Virus record (IMG/VR): IMGVR_UViG_3300017774_005870
Span: 1-24,686 of that record
Origin: a virus
Lineage: Duplodnaviria > Caudoviricetes
Strand: one strand, 5' to 3'
DNA: 24,686 nt
The notes beneath the pieces are model-generated. The model saw nothing but the letters and a program-made list of their open reading frames with translations. It did no database searches and was not told the DNA's origin. Below are positions 6,707 to 14,937 of this stretch, one piece after another. Within the stretch, counting starts at the first letter, position 1. Every line of letters starts with the position of its first letter. The translations under genes were made by a program, and so were the position numbers.

Positions 6707-7352
6707 CACCCAAAAGAAGGCGCTCGCCGCCAAGCTGGACCCGGCCCATGTGTCATCGCGCAGTCAGTCCGGTCGCTCCCTCTCGTACATCGAAGGCTGG
6801 TGGGCGGAAGCCGAAGCGAACCGGATCTTCGGTTTCGACGGCTGGACCTCCGAAGTCATCGAAGTCCGCTGCGTCTCCGAACGGGAGCGGATGATCGGTC
6901 GCGACAACCCCAAACCCGGCTTCGGCGTGTCCTACGTCGCCACCGTGCGCGTGACTGCCGGCGGTGTGGTGCGGGATGGCGTGGGCGCCGGTCATGGGAT
7001 CGACGTTGACCCCGGCCTTGCCCACGAGAGCGCCATAAAAGAGGCAACCACGGACGCTGAAAAACGCGCTCTGAAGACCTTCGGAAACCCGTTCGGCCTC
7101 GCCCTCTACGACAAGACCCAGGCCAACGTCGGAAGCCCCCGCAAGAGCGCAGCGCAGGCCAAGCGCGACGGCGACCACGAGCGGATTAAGGAAACCTTCG
7201 CGGCCATGACCTCGCTTGCCGAGCTGGACGCATGGGCTCAGGACTTCGACCAGAACACGGCGGAACTCCCTATCTCGTGGCTCGATCCGATCCGCGACGA
7301 GTGGCAGCACCGCCGCAACGCGATCATCGAAGACGCGAAGCTTGCCGCGTGA
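6696..7352 (+). CDS. Rad52/Rad22-family single-strand annealing protein (Sak-like)
   Basis: LSYIEGWWAEAEANRIFGFDGW...RDGVGAG...AIKEATTDAEKRALKTFGNPFGLALYDK, the Rad52 signature. Confidence 0.93.
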   Translation: MFTDTQKKALAAKLDPAHVSSRSQSGRSLSYIEGWWAEAEANRIFGFDGWTSEVIEVRCVSERERMIGRDNPKPGFGVSYVATVRVTAGGVVRDGVGAGHGIDVDPGLAHESAIKEATTDAEKRALKTFGNPFGLALYDKTQANVGSPRKSAAQAKRDGDHERIKETFAAMTSLAELDAWAQDFDQNTAELPISWLDPIRDEWQHRRNAIIEDAKLAA

Positions 7353-7355
7353 CCC

Positions 7356-7556
7356 GTGAAGCTACCCAACACCCCGGAAGTCCTGTGGGCACGCGCGTTC
7401 TGTCGCGAGGTGCTGAGGGCCTTTCCGGGGACAGAAATCACAGTGAGGGAAGGGGTGCGAAGCTTAACAAGCCGCCCCGCTTCATCCGATGAGCGAACGC
7501 CACTTCCTGAAGCTGACCAAGAGCAACCGCCGCATCGCCGCCGGGTGGGTCGCTAA
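7356..7556 (+). CDS. Small hypothetical protein with a VLxAFPGxEI motif
   Basis: Fills the gap between annealase and ninB; competing frame 7349..7492 is also coupled at both ends. Confidence 0.4.
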   Translation: MKLPNTPEVLWARAFCREVLRAFPGTEITVREGVRSLTSRPASSDERTPLPEADQEQPPHRRRVGR

Positions 7557-7887
7557 AGCCCCTGACGGCTGGATGCTGGAAGTCCGCGAGCCGAACCGCT
7601 CCGTTGAGCAGAACGCCGGGTTCTACGGCTTGCTCGACCAAGTGCTGAAGCAACGCCCCGTCCACAACGGCGTGCAGATGGATCAGGCACTTTGGAAGGC
7701 CGTGTTCATGGACGCTTGGGGGGCTGAGGTTCGCTTCCTCCCCAAGCTGGAAGGCGACGGCATGTTCCCGGTCGGCCACCGATCCTCGCACCTGACCGTG
7801 GGGGAAATGCGGGATCTGATCACCTTCATTCTGGCCTGGTGCGCGACCGCCGGGCTGAACATCCAACACTTCGACGAGGCCGCGTGA
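7489..7887 (+). CDS. ninB: NinB/Orf-family recombination protein
   Basis: RSVEQNA.FY.LL..V..Q...WKAVFM...SSHLTVGEMRDLITFI.AW.A..G. Confidence 0.9.
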   Translation: MSERHFLKLTKSNRRIAAGWVAKAPDGWMLEVREPNRSVEQNAGFYGLLDQVLKQRPVHNGVQMDQALWKAVFMDAWGAEVRFLPKLEGDGMFPVGHRSSHLTVGEMRDLITFILAWCATAGLNIQHFDEAA

Positions 7888-9287
7888 TGAGCATCAAGCC
7901 ATATCTGGAACTGATCGACGCCAAGCGGATCGCTTTCATCCCGCGTGGCATGGCTGACCTGCCTGCCCTTTCGCCCGCGCTGAAAGACCACCAGCGGCAC
8001 GCGGTGGAGTTTGCATTGCGCGCCGGCTGCGCCGCCCTGTTTCTCGATACCGGACTTGGCAAAACCCTTTGCGCCCTGGAATGGGGCCGCGTTGTGGTGG
8101 AGCACACTGGGCGCCCCGTCCTGATGCTCGCCCCGCTGGCCGTCGCTGCTCAACATGAGCGCGAGGCGGTCAAATTCGGCATCGACGCGAAGTCCATCCG
8201 CGAGCCCGATCAGATCGACGGCGCCCGCATCTACATCACGAACTATGACCGAATGTCCAAGTTTGACCCGGACCAGTTCTCGGGCGTCATTCTGGACGAA
8301 AGCAGCATCATCAAGAGCTTCTCTGGCCAGACCACCAGGGCGCTTATCGCTGCGTTCAAACACACCCCGTTCCGGCTCTGCTGCACCGCTACGCCGGCTC
8401 CGAACGACCACGCCGAACTAGGCCAACATTCCGAGTTCCTTGGCGTGATGAGCCAGAGCCAGATGCTTACCCGTTGGTTCATCCACGACAGCGCCGACAC
8501 CGGCACATGGAAGATGAAGGGCCACGCGGTCAAAGACTTCTGGAATTGGGTGGCGAGCTGGGCGCGCTGTGTGTCCAAGCCGTCCGATCTCGGGTTCAGC
8601 GACGACGGCTACAACTTGCCGGCCCTCAACATGCAACGGCACATCGTCGAAGCTGACCGTAGCATTGACACTGGCGCGGAGAAGGACGGCCAGGCCCGGC
8701 TGTTCCGTATGCCCGACACGTCCGCGACTTCCATTCACCGGGAGAAGCGGATGACGACCGACGCCCGGGCCGACGTGATCGCCGCCCTGGTGGCGAAAGA
8801 GCCCGATGAGGCGTGGGTTATCTGGTGCGACACCGACTATGAAGCCGACGCTCTGGCGAGCCGGATTCCCGGCGCCGTCGAGGTTCGCGGGTCAATGTCT
8901 CCCGAACTCAAAGAGGCGAACCTGACCGCGTTCAGCACCGGACAGGCGCGGGTGATCATCACCAAGCCGTCAATCGCGGGGTTCGGCCTTAACTGGCAGC
9001 ACGCGGCACGAATGGCGTTCGTCGGCCTGAGTTTCTCCTATGAGAGCTTCTATCAGGCCGTTCGCCGATGTTGGCGGTTCGGCCAGGCGCGGCCCGTCGA
9101 TGTTCATGTGGCCTGCGCCGACACCGAAGAAAGCATCTGGCAGATCGTTAGCCGCAAGGCCGGCGACCACAATGCAATGAAGACCGAGATGACCGCCGCC
9201 ATGAGCCGCGCCAGCCGCTCTGTTCCCGAACAAGCCCCGTATCAGCCGGCAAAGCCGCTGACCCTTCCGAAGTGGATTGCAGCATGA
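7887..9287 (+). CDS. SF2 (SNF2-like) helicase
   Basis: Motif I DTGLGKT, Ia APLAV, II LDESS, III TATPAPND, V FGLNWQ, VI QAVRRCWRFGQ. Confidence 0.92.
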   Translation: MSIKPYLELIDAKRIAFIPRGMADLPALSPALKDHQRHAVEFALRAGCAALFLDTGLGKTLCALEWGRVVVEHTGRPVLMLAPLAVAAQHEREAVKFGIDAKSIREPDQIDGARIYITNYDRMSKFDPDQFSGVILDESSIIKSFSGQTTRALIAAFKHTPFRLCCTATPAPNDHAELGQHSEFLGVMSQSQMLTRWFIHDSADTGTWKMKGHAVKDFWNWVASWARCVSKPSDLGFSDDGYNLPALNMQRHIVEADRSIDTGAEKDGQARLFRMPDTSATSIHREKRMTTDARADVIAALVAKEPDEAWVIWCDTDYEADALASRIPGAVEVRGSMSPELKEANLTAFSTGQARVIITKPSIAGFGLNWQHAARMAFVGLSFSYESFYQAVRRCWRFGQARPVDVHVACADTEESIWQIVSRKAGDHNAMKTEMTAAMSRASRSVPEQAPYQPAKPLTLPKWIAA

Positions 9288-10189
9288 CCTCCGTACTTGA
9301 CCAGCATTCCGGCGAGCGTTTCACGGTAATCAATGGCGACTGTGTCGAGGTTGCCGCCGGGCTGCCCGACAACAGCATCGACTTAAGCGTCTACAGCCCG
9401 CCCTTCGCTCACCTGTTCGTCTACAGCGACAGCGAGCGCGATATGGGCAACGTCAAGGACGAGGCCGAGTTTAAGGCGATCTACGCTCACCTGGTTAGGG
9501 AGAAGTTCAGGGTCACGAAGCCCGGGCGCCTGACCGCCGTTCACTGCTCCGACATTCCCCGGACCAAGTCCGTGCATGGCAGTGTCGGGCTTTACGACTT
9601 TCCCGCTGACATCCGCGAGGTTCACGAAGCCGCCGGCTGGACGTACCATAGCCGGGTGACGATCTGGAAAGACCCGGTCGTTGAGATGACCCGGACCAAG
9701 GCGCTGGGGCTTCTCTACAAGCAGCTTCAGACCGACGCCACGCGCTCCCGTCAGGGGATGCCGGATTATCTGCTGGTGTTCCGCAAGACGCCCGCCGACG
9801 AGAGCCAGGCCGAAAAGGTCGGGCAGGACGCCAAGCTTTTCCCGGTGAGCCAGTGGCAGCAATGGGCATCGCCGGTCTGGATGGATATTCAGCAGACCAA
9901 CGTGCTCAACGTGAAGGTCGCGCGCGAAGACAAGGACGAGCGCCACCTTTGCCCGCTGCAACTGGATCTGATTGATCGGGCGATACGCCTCTGGACCAAT
10001 CCAGATGATGTCGTTTTCAGCCCATTTACCGGCATCGGGTCCGAGGGATGGAGCGCGTTGAAAGCTGGGCGCAAGTTCATCGGGACTGAGCTTAAGACCG
10101 CATACTATCGGCAGGCCCTCAAGAACTTGACCGAGGCCGAAGCAACATGGAGCGGCCCGTCGCTCCTGTCCCTGGCAGGTGTGGCATGA
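9284..10189 (+). CDS. N4/N6 DNA methyltransferase (beta class)
   Basis: Catalytic SPPF near the N-terminus, H.CP.Q, SAM-binding FSPFTGIGSEG near the C-terminus; ATG 9284 coupled to the helicase stop. Confidence 0.92.
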   Translation: MTSVLDQHSGERFTVINGDCVEVAAGLPDNSIDLSVYSPPFAHLFVYSDSERDMGNVKDEAEFKAIYAHLVREKFRVTKPGRLTAVHCSDIPRTKSVHGSVGLYDFPADIREVHEAAGWTYHSRVTIWKDPVVEMTRTKALGLLYKQLQTDATRSRQGMPDYLLVFRKTPADESQAEKVGQDAKLFPVSQWQQWASPVWMDIQQTNVLNVKVAREDKDERHLCPLQLDLIDRAIRLWTNPDDVVFSPFTGIGSEGWSALKAGRKFIGTELKTAYYRQALKNLTEAEATWSGPSLLSLAGVA

Positions 10190-10268
10190 CCCCCAACCCT
10201 TCAAACCCCACACAGACAGAAGACTGGGCCGCCATTCCCCCTCCTCCGGCCACTGGGGAGGCGGGGAC

Positions 10269-10472
10269 GTGAGCGCGTGCAACACCTGTCGCCACTGGGA
10301 TGTTGGGCGGCAAGATGGATACACCGGACTGGCGCCCTGTAAGCGCTTTCCGCCACTCCGCGATCCGGCGGCGCGAGACGGCTGGGGCTACCCGAAGACC
10401 CTGCCTTACGACTGGTGCGGCGAGTACGCCACCCCTCCCCAACCCTCTCCGGCTGAGAGCGAAACACAATGA
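10269..10472 (+). CDS. Small Cys-rich hypothetical protein (CxxCxxW...CxRxPP...DWCGE)
   Basis: GTG 10269 with SD GGAGG/GGGG; four-Cys pattern typical of small phage proteins. Confidence 0.7.
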   Translation: MSACNTCRHWDVGRQDGYTGLAPCKRFPPLRDPAARDGWGYPKTLPYDWCGEYATPPQPSPAESETQ

Positions 10473-10990
10473 CCCAATCCCCTGGTATGAGCGAACTAAG
10501 AGGGCTTCTGAAGAAGGCAACGCCGGGACCGTGGGCGCGTGGCGCATGGTACGGCAGGTGCATCAAGCCGTCGCATGGCGTTAACAATCACACTGGGAGG
10601 AACGGTTCAGACCCGTGCAAATACGACTACACCTTTGAGGCCGGCACCGCGATCTCTTCCTCGGTGGAGAACATCTATATCGCCTCGGTTGACTTGGACG
10701 GCCTAACAGAACCGGACGCCGCCCTCATAGTCGCCGCCGTCAATGCGTTGCCCACGCTCCTCGATGATCTGGCCGCCGCCCAAGGTGAGATAGAGGCCCT
10801 GCGTGCCGCGATTAGCTGGCTCATGCCGCCGTTCGTGGACAGCAAAACCCCGACCGAGGAACTCCGGGCGCGCGTCAAAGTCATGCTCGATGACGTGGCA
10901 AGGCTCGACGCCCGTTCAGCCCTCACCCTTAAGTCAGAAAAGGCCCCTTCCTCCCTCAAGGGCTCGGACGTTGGGGAGGTGGGGGAGTGA
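10469..10990 (+). CDS. Ead/Ea22-like protein
   Basis: LR.LLKKATPGPW...DAALIVAAVNALPTLLDDL plus coiled coil. Confidence 0.75.
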   Translation: MTQSPGMSELRGLLKKATPGPWARGAWYGRCIKPSHGVNNHTGRNGSDPCKYDYTFEAGTAISSSVENIYIASVDLDGLTEPDAALIVAAVNALPTLLDDLAAAQGEIEALRAAISWLMPPFVDSKTPTEELRARVKVMLDDVARLDARSALTLKSEKAPSSLKGSDVGEVGE

Positions 10991-11607
10991 AGGTTTTGAT
11001 TGCTTGCGAATACAGTGGCGTGGTTCGCCGCGCCTTCTCCGCTCTCGGTCACGACGCATGGTCCTGCGACCTTTTGCCAGCCGAGGACGGGAGCAACCGT
11101 CACATCATCGGTGACGCGCGGGAACTGCTCAACGACGGGTGGGACATGCTCATGGTCGCCCACCCGCCATGCACCCGCCTGTGCAACTCCGGTGTCCGCT
11201 GGCTGTCGGTCCCGCCCCCGGGTCGCACGATTGCCGAGATGCAGGCCGATCTGGTGGAGGGCGCCGCCCTGTTCTCCGACTTCTGGAACGCGCCCATCGA
11301 CCGCATTTGTGTCGAGAACCCGGTGATGCACAAGCACGCCAAGGCGCTGATCCGGGGCTACCAGGAGCCGGCGCAATCGGTCCAGCCGTGGCAGTTCGGG
11401 CATGGCGAGGTTAAGCGGACGTGCTTCTGGCTCAAGGGCCTTCCGCCGCTGGTTCCGACCGATGTTGTCGAGGGCCGCGAAGCCCGCGTGCATAGGATGC
11501 CGCCCGGCGCCCTGCGCTGGAAAGAGCGCAGCCGCTTCTTCCCGGGTATCGCCGCCGCGATGGCCGATCAGTGGGGCGGTGATGCAGAGCGGAGGGTCGC
11601 GCAATGA
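10987..11607 (+). CDS. Compact C5-cytosine DNA methyltransferase-like protein
   Basis: KVLIACEYSG (motif I variant), SCD, HPPCT (catalytic PC), ENPV, QPWQFG..KRTCFW. Confidence 0.82.
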   Translation: MKVLIACEYSGVVRRAFSALGHDAWSCDLLPAEDGSNRHIIGDARELLNDGWDMLMVAHPPCTRLCNSGVRWLSVPPPGRTIAEMQADLVEGAALFSDFWNAPIDRICVENPVMHKHAKALIRGYQEPAQSVQPWQFGHGEVKRTCFWLKGLPPLVPTDVVEGREARVHRMPPGALRWKERSRFFPGIAAAMADQWGGDAERRVAQ

Positions 11608-11712
11608 TGACCCCCGCCCCTGCCCAACGTCGTGGCTCTTGGGCCACGATGCGACAGACCGACCGTGACATATCCCGGGAGGCCATACCCATCAGTAGGG
11701 AAGAGACCGTCG

Positions 11713-11907
11713 ATGGGTGAGAAGCGAAACACCTTCCTGCCGGCTGATATCCGAAAGGCCCTCAAGGCTGTGGAAAGCGGGGATCGAACGGTCTGCGCTG
11801 TGGACTTCCCGCCTGAAGGTGGCTTCCGGCTATTGATCGGAGAGCCCGTTGCGCCCGCTGTCGCGCGCAGCGGCGGAAACGAGTGGGATGAGGTTCTGTC
11901 GCACTGA
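11713..11907 (+). CDS. Putative excisionase / recombination directionality factor
   Basis: 64 aa, TF...DI.KALKAV...G.....V....G..R...NEWD; stop overlaps the integrase start (TGATG). Confidence 0.55.
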   Translation: MGEKRNTFLPADIRKALKAVESGDRTVCAVDFPPEGGFRLLIGEPVAPAVARSGGNEWDEVLSH

Positions 11908-12932
11908 TGGAACCCATGGCGACAATCGAACTAGCCTACGTCCAGGCCTTCAAGGACCGGCACGGCAAGCTGCGGCACTACTACCGCAGGCCCGGCTATT
12001 CGCGCGTTGCCCTGCCCGGTGATCCGGGTTCGGCTGAGTTCATGGCGGCCTACGCAACGGCTCACGCCCGCGCGCCAGTGCCGAAAGAGCGCGCCGTTCA
12101 GCCCCGCTCGATCAACGCCCTGATCCAACTCTATTATGCCAGCACCGAGTGGAAGAACCTACGGGAAAGCACGCAACGCGCCTATCGCGGGCAGATCGAC
12201 CGCTTCCGGGAGAAGTACGGCCACAAGGGCGCCGCGACCATCCAGACGATGCACCTGGACGCCATCTTCGACAAGATGAGCGACACGCCAGAGGCGGCGG
12301 TGAACCTTCGCAAGCGCCTTCGCCGCGTGTTCCGTATCGCCGTCCGCAAGGGCTGGAGACAGGACAACCCGATCATCGCTACCGAAGTGACGCGAGGCAA
12401 GCGCGCGGGCTTCACGCCGTGGTCTGAGGACGACATAGCCGCCTTTGAAGCGCGGTGGCCTACAGGGACGCGCGAGAGGCTCGCTATGGCCCTTCTCCTG
12501 CACACCGGCCAGCGGAGGTCCGATGTGGTCGGCATGGGCCGTCAGCACGTCTCAGGGGGCCGCATATCGGTCAAGCAACAGAAGACCGACGCGCGGTTGA
12601 AGATCCGCCTGCACCCCGCCCTGAAGCGCGAGATCGACGCCGCTCCGGTCGGGATGACGTTCCTGCTCACACAGTTTGGCGAGCCCTTCACCGGGCCGGG
12701 CTTCACCAACTGGTTCCGGGATCGGGCGCGGGACGCTGGCCTTACCGGACGCAGCCCCCACGGTCTCCGCAAAGCCGCTGGCCGGCGCCTGGCTGAAGCC
12801 GGATGCACGCCCCACCAGATCGCGGCGATCCTCGGACACGCTTCGCGCCAGATGGTCGAGCTGTACACGAAAGACGCCAATCAGGTGAGGCTGGCAGACG
12901 AGGGAATGGACCTGTACGAGGCCAAACACTGA
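11907..12932 (+). CDS. int: Tyrosine recombinase / phage integrase
   Basis: DRHGK.R.YYRR arm-binding N-terminus; catalytic TGQRRSD, QQKT, HGLRK, LGH and Y. Confidence 0.96.
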   Translation: MEPMATIELAYVQAFKDRHGKLRHYYRRPGYSRVALPGDPGSAEFMAAYATAHARAPVPKERAVQPRSINALIQLYYASTEWKNLRESTQRAYRGQIDRFREKYGHKGAATIQTMHLDAIFDKMSDTPEAAVNLRKRLRRVFRIAVRKGWRQDNPIIATEVTRGKRAGFTPWSEDDIAAFEARWPTGTRERLAMALLLHTGQRRSDVVGMGRQHVSGGRISVKQQKTDARLKIRLHPALKREIDAAPVGMTFLLTQFGEPFTGPGFTNWFRDRARDAGLTGRSPHGLRKAAGRRLAEAGCTPHQIAAILGHASRQMVELYTKDANQVRLADEGMDLYEAKH

Positions 12933-12940
12933 ACAAGGTG

Positions 12941-13114
12941 CGTCAACCCTAGTTGCGTCAAACCATATTATAGTGTTGAATACGTTAGAGAAATAAGCGG
13001 TGGTGGCGACTCCAGCAGGACTGACCTAGCCAAGAAAATACAGCAGCTTGGCAGCGTCAAACCTAGCGGATCGGCCATAATGACTTCAAAGGCTTAGGTC
13101 CGAACGTCAAACCT
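12941..13114. other. attP site: tRNA-derived core flanked by arm-type repeats
   Basis: Core 13004-13022, reverse complement AGTCCTGCTGGAGTCGCCA (T-arm 3' half, acceptor strand, CCA); direct repeats CGTCAA(A/C)CC at 12941, 12956, 13055 and 13105; AT-rich. Confidence 0.85.
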
Positions 13115-13169
13115 TTCCCCCTCCGGTTATCGGCCTATCCTGGCTGAAATAGAATGGAAATTACGGAAG

Positions 13170-13508
13170 ATGGAAGACGAGAATATTTACGCTGACGAGG
13201 ACTGCCCCGGTTGCGCTGGTGGCGATCTGGTTCCGGCGGTCCTGCCCAATGGCTTCTGGAGCTGCCCTGTTTGCGACGCCGTGTGGGAGCAGGACGATGA
13301 AGAGGCTCCCCTCCCCATGCCTGAAACAGATCCCCTGGTTACGCTGAGAGAGCGGGTAAGGGAGAGGCTGCGCGCGATCTTCAGCGAGAACATGTACGAG
13401 GGTCAGTACGAACCCGACCCGATCATCGACGCCATCCTCCGAGAGTTTCGCCTTCAGCCTGTAGCTTGGGGGAGGGTTACTGAGGGTGGGGAGGTTGAGG
13501 GGCTTTAG
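13170..13508 (+). CDS. Acidic hypothetical protein with N-terminal zinc ribbon
   Basis: CPGC-x13-CPVC; possible promoter TTATCG-17-TAGAAT upstream. Confidence 0.65.
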   Translation: MEDENIYADEDCPGCAGGDLVPAVLPNGFWSCPVCDAVWEQDDEEAPLPMPETDPLVTLRERVRERLRAIFSENMYEGQYEPDPIIDAILREFRLQPVAWGRVTEGGEVEGL

Positions 13509-13572
13509 TCGTCCCAACCTTCGATGCTGTTTCCGCCCCAGCCGTCGATCCAACCAGTGTCGATTTCTCGTT

Positions 13573-13830
13573 TCATCGTCTGTCTCCGGGTTGAGGGGCT
13601 GTAAGAGGCTCGGCGGGGTTGGGGGCGCGGTAACTGCGGCACGTCGCCTTGTCTACATCGCGCCCGGTTGCCGACCACCAGCAGCCTGAGAAGTCATCTA
13701 CGGATGCGGTTCCGGGCTCATCCCGATCTAGCCAAGCGCCGCACTTTTCGCAGCGGATCAGCATGTCGTCGCCGGCAAGGGCGGCCTCGACGAGGCGTTC
13801 ATAGTCGGCGACGGGGAGCGTGATTTCCAC
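13573..13830 (-). CDS. Hypothetical Cys-containing protein (85 aa; CEKC...C...C)
   Basis: Likely GTG start at 13830, 5 nt after TTGTGG-17-TATATT. Confidence 0.6.
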   Translation of the reverse strand: MEITLPVADYERLVEAALAGDDMLIRCEKCGAWLDRDEPGTASVDDFSGCWWSATGRDVDKATCRSYRAPNPAEPLTAPQPGDRR

Positions 13831-13832
13831 GC

Positions 13833-13885
13833 CCGAATATACCCGACAAACCCTTGTTCCACAAAGGAAAATGTGGGATATTCGG
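13833..13885. promoter_or_regulatory. Overlapping divergent promoters forming an imperfect inverted repeat
   Basis: (-) TTGTGG-17-TATATT; (+) TTGTTC-17-GATATT; arms CCGAATAT / ATATTCGG. Confidence 0.5.
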
Positions 13886-14098
13886 TGCATGAGAGGCCGA
13901 TACGAAGTTAGCCGTGAAGGCAGCGACCGGGTCGTTTACCGCTGGCTGAACGAAGCTGGTCAGCGCTGTACGCGTTTCATCTGCGAGGCCATCGGCAGCC
14001 GGGCGGGGAACGTTGAGCCTACCGAGGTTGCTGCTGAAATCGCCGCTGCCCTCAACGCTCTTGGAGCGGAGCCCCGAGGCGCTCACCCTCTCGCCTAG
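13871..14098 (+). CDS. Hypothetical protein (start 13871 or 13889)
   Basis: AAAGGA before ATG 13871, or leaderless ATG 13889; ends just before the terminator hairpin. Confidence 0.55.
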   Translation: MWDIRCMRGRYEVSREGSDRVVYRWLNEAGQRCTRFICEAIGSRAGNVEPTEVAAEIAAALNALGAEPRGAHPLA

Positions 14099-14110
14099 CC
14101 CACATACGAC

Positions 14111-14141
14111 AAAACGCCCCCCGATATCTCAGGAGGCGCTT
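14111..14141 (-). terminator. Rho-independent terminator ending the late/lysis transcript
   Basis: Minus strand GCGCCTCCTGA-GATA-TCGGGGGGCGT-TTT; mismatches are G-U pairs only on the minus strand. Confidence 0.7.
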
Positions 14142-14191
14142 CATTGAACCCGAGGCCTTGGCCTACAAGGGCGGTCGTTAGGCAAGTAGCG

Positions 14192-14545
14192 TTAGCTATC
14201 CGGTGGCTTGCAAGTACCGAAGCGCCACCAGGGACACCGCCTCAACGCCCTCGCCTGCTCCCAAGCGTCCAGAGCTTTCGCCTGCTCCGCGTTCGCCAGC
14301 ACAGCCAGCTCGCGCTTCTCGTCACAGGTCAGCAATTGTTCCCCCCGGATAGCCGCGATGATTTCGAGGTCTTCCAGCGTGACAGCGGGCCGCGTGTAGA
14401 GGGTGCAGGGGGCCTTAGCGTACTCCGGCGTCGTCACCCGTGGCGCTGGTCCCACCGGGGCAGACAGACGGCCTTGAGAGGCACAGGCTGCGGTCATGGT
14501 CAGCAATGCGCTGCTCACGATCAGGACCGAGAGGGGCTTTCGCAT
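14192..14545 (-). CDS. Outer-membrane spanin (Rz1-like lipoprotein)
   Basis: SD AGGAG; MRKPLSVLIVSSALLTMTAA-C lipobox; Pro-rich segment; overlaps the i-spanin 3' end. Confidence 0.8.
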   Translation of the reverse strand: MRKPLSVLIVSSALLTMTAACASQGRLSAPVGPAPRVTTPEYAKAPCTLYTRPAVTLEDLEIIAAIRGEQLLTCDEKRELAVLANAEQAKALDAWEQARALRRCPWWRFGTCKPPDS

Positions 14546-14818
14546 CGGGGGCTCCTGTGGCTTGCTCAACATAGCGGGTGATGGTGTTGGTGCGCTCTAT
14601 GACGCGCTCGGTGATCTGGCCTTGAGCGGCGCCGAGTGCGGCTTGGCCGTCAGCTTCCGCGCCATTGCTGACGGCGGTGTCGCTGGCGGTCTCCTCGCGG
14701 GCCTGCCACTTCACCGTCTGGGCTTTCCAGAACGAGACGATAGGGCCACCCAACAGGACCGCCCCAGAACCGCGACAAGGGCGACGCCAGCGATCCAGAG
14801 GTAGAGGCGGGGGATCAT
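14415..14818 (-). pseudogene. Inner-membrane spanin (Rz-like) with an apparent 1-nt frameshift at about 14762-14765
   Basis: Coupled ATG 14818 gives MIPRLYLWIAGVALVAVLG; one more G in GGGG continues as AVLLGGPIVSFWKAQ into ORF 14415..14753; may be a sequencing error. Confidence 0.65.
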
Positions 14819-14937
14819 CCCGTTACCCCCTTCTTGTACAGCCAGCGAAGGCCAAAGAAGCCGGTTACGGCGAAGCAGGCGATGGCGAGCGCACCACCGG
14901 CCACGGTGAAGAAGCCGTCGATGAAGGCGGCGATCAT
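14815..14937 (-). CDS. Small membrane protein, 40 aa (MIAAFIDGFFTVAGGALAIACFAVTGFFGLRWLYKKGVTG)
   Basis: Manual translation; ATGA coupling at both ends; one TM helix and basic tail. Confidence 0.65.
   Translation of the reverse strand: MIAAFIDGFFTVAGGALAIACFAVTGFFGLRWLYKKGVTG

Noticed and set aside
9383-11604. Long minus-strand ORFs 9383..10324 and 10675..11604
   Set aside because: Antisense shadows of well-supported methyltransferase genes in high-GC DNA
13004-13022. Possible tRNA gene
   Set aside because: Only the 3' 19 nt are present, with no D arm or anticodon arm, so it is an att core
3981-13519. 10-mer CGTCCCAACC at the cII start (reverse, 3981-3990) and at 13510-13519 as possible CII sites
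   Set aside because: A single 10-mer match is plausible by chance in 25 kb of GC-rich DNA, and the second copy is not placed to drive int
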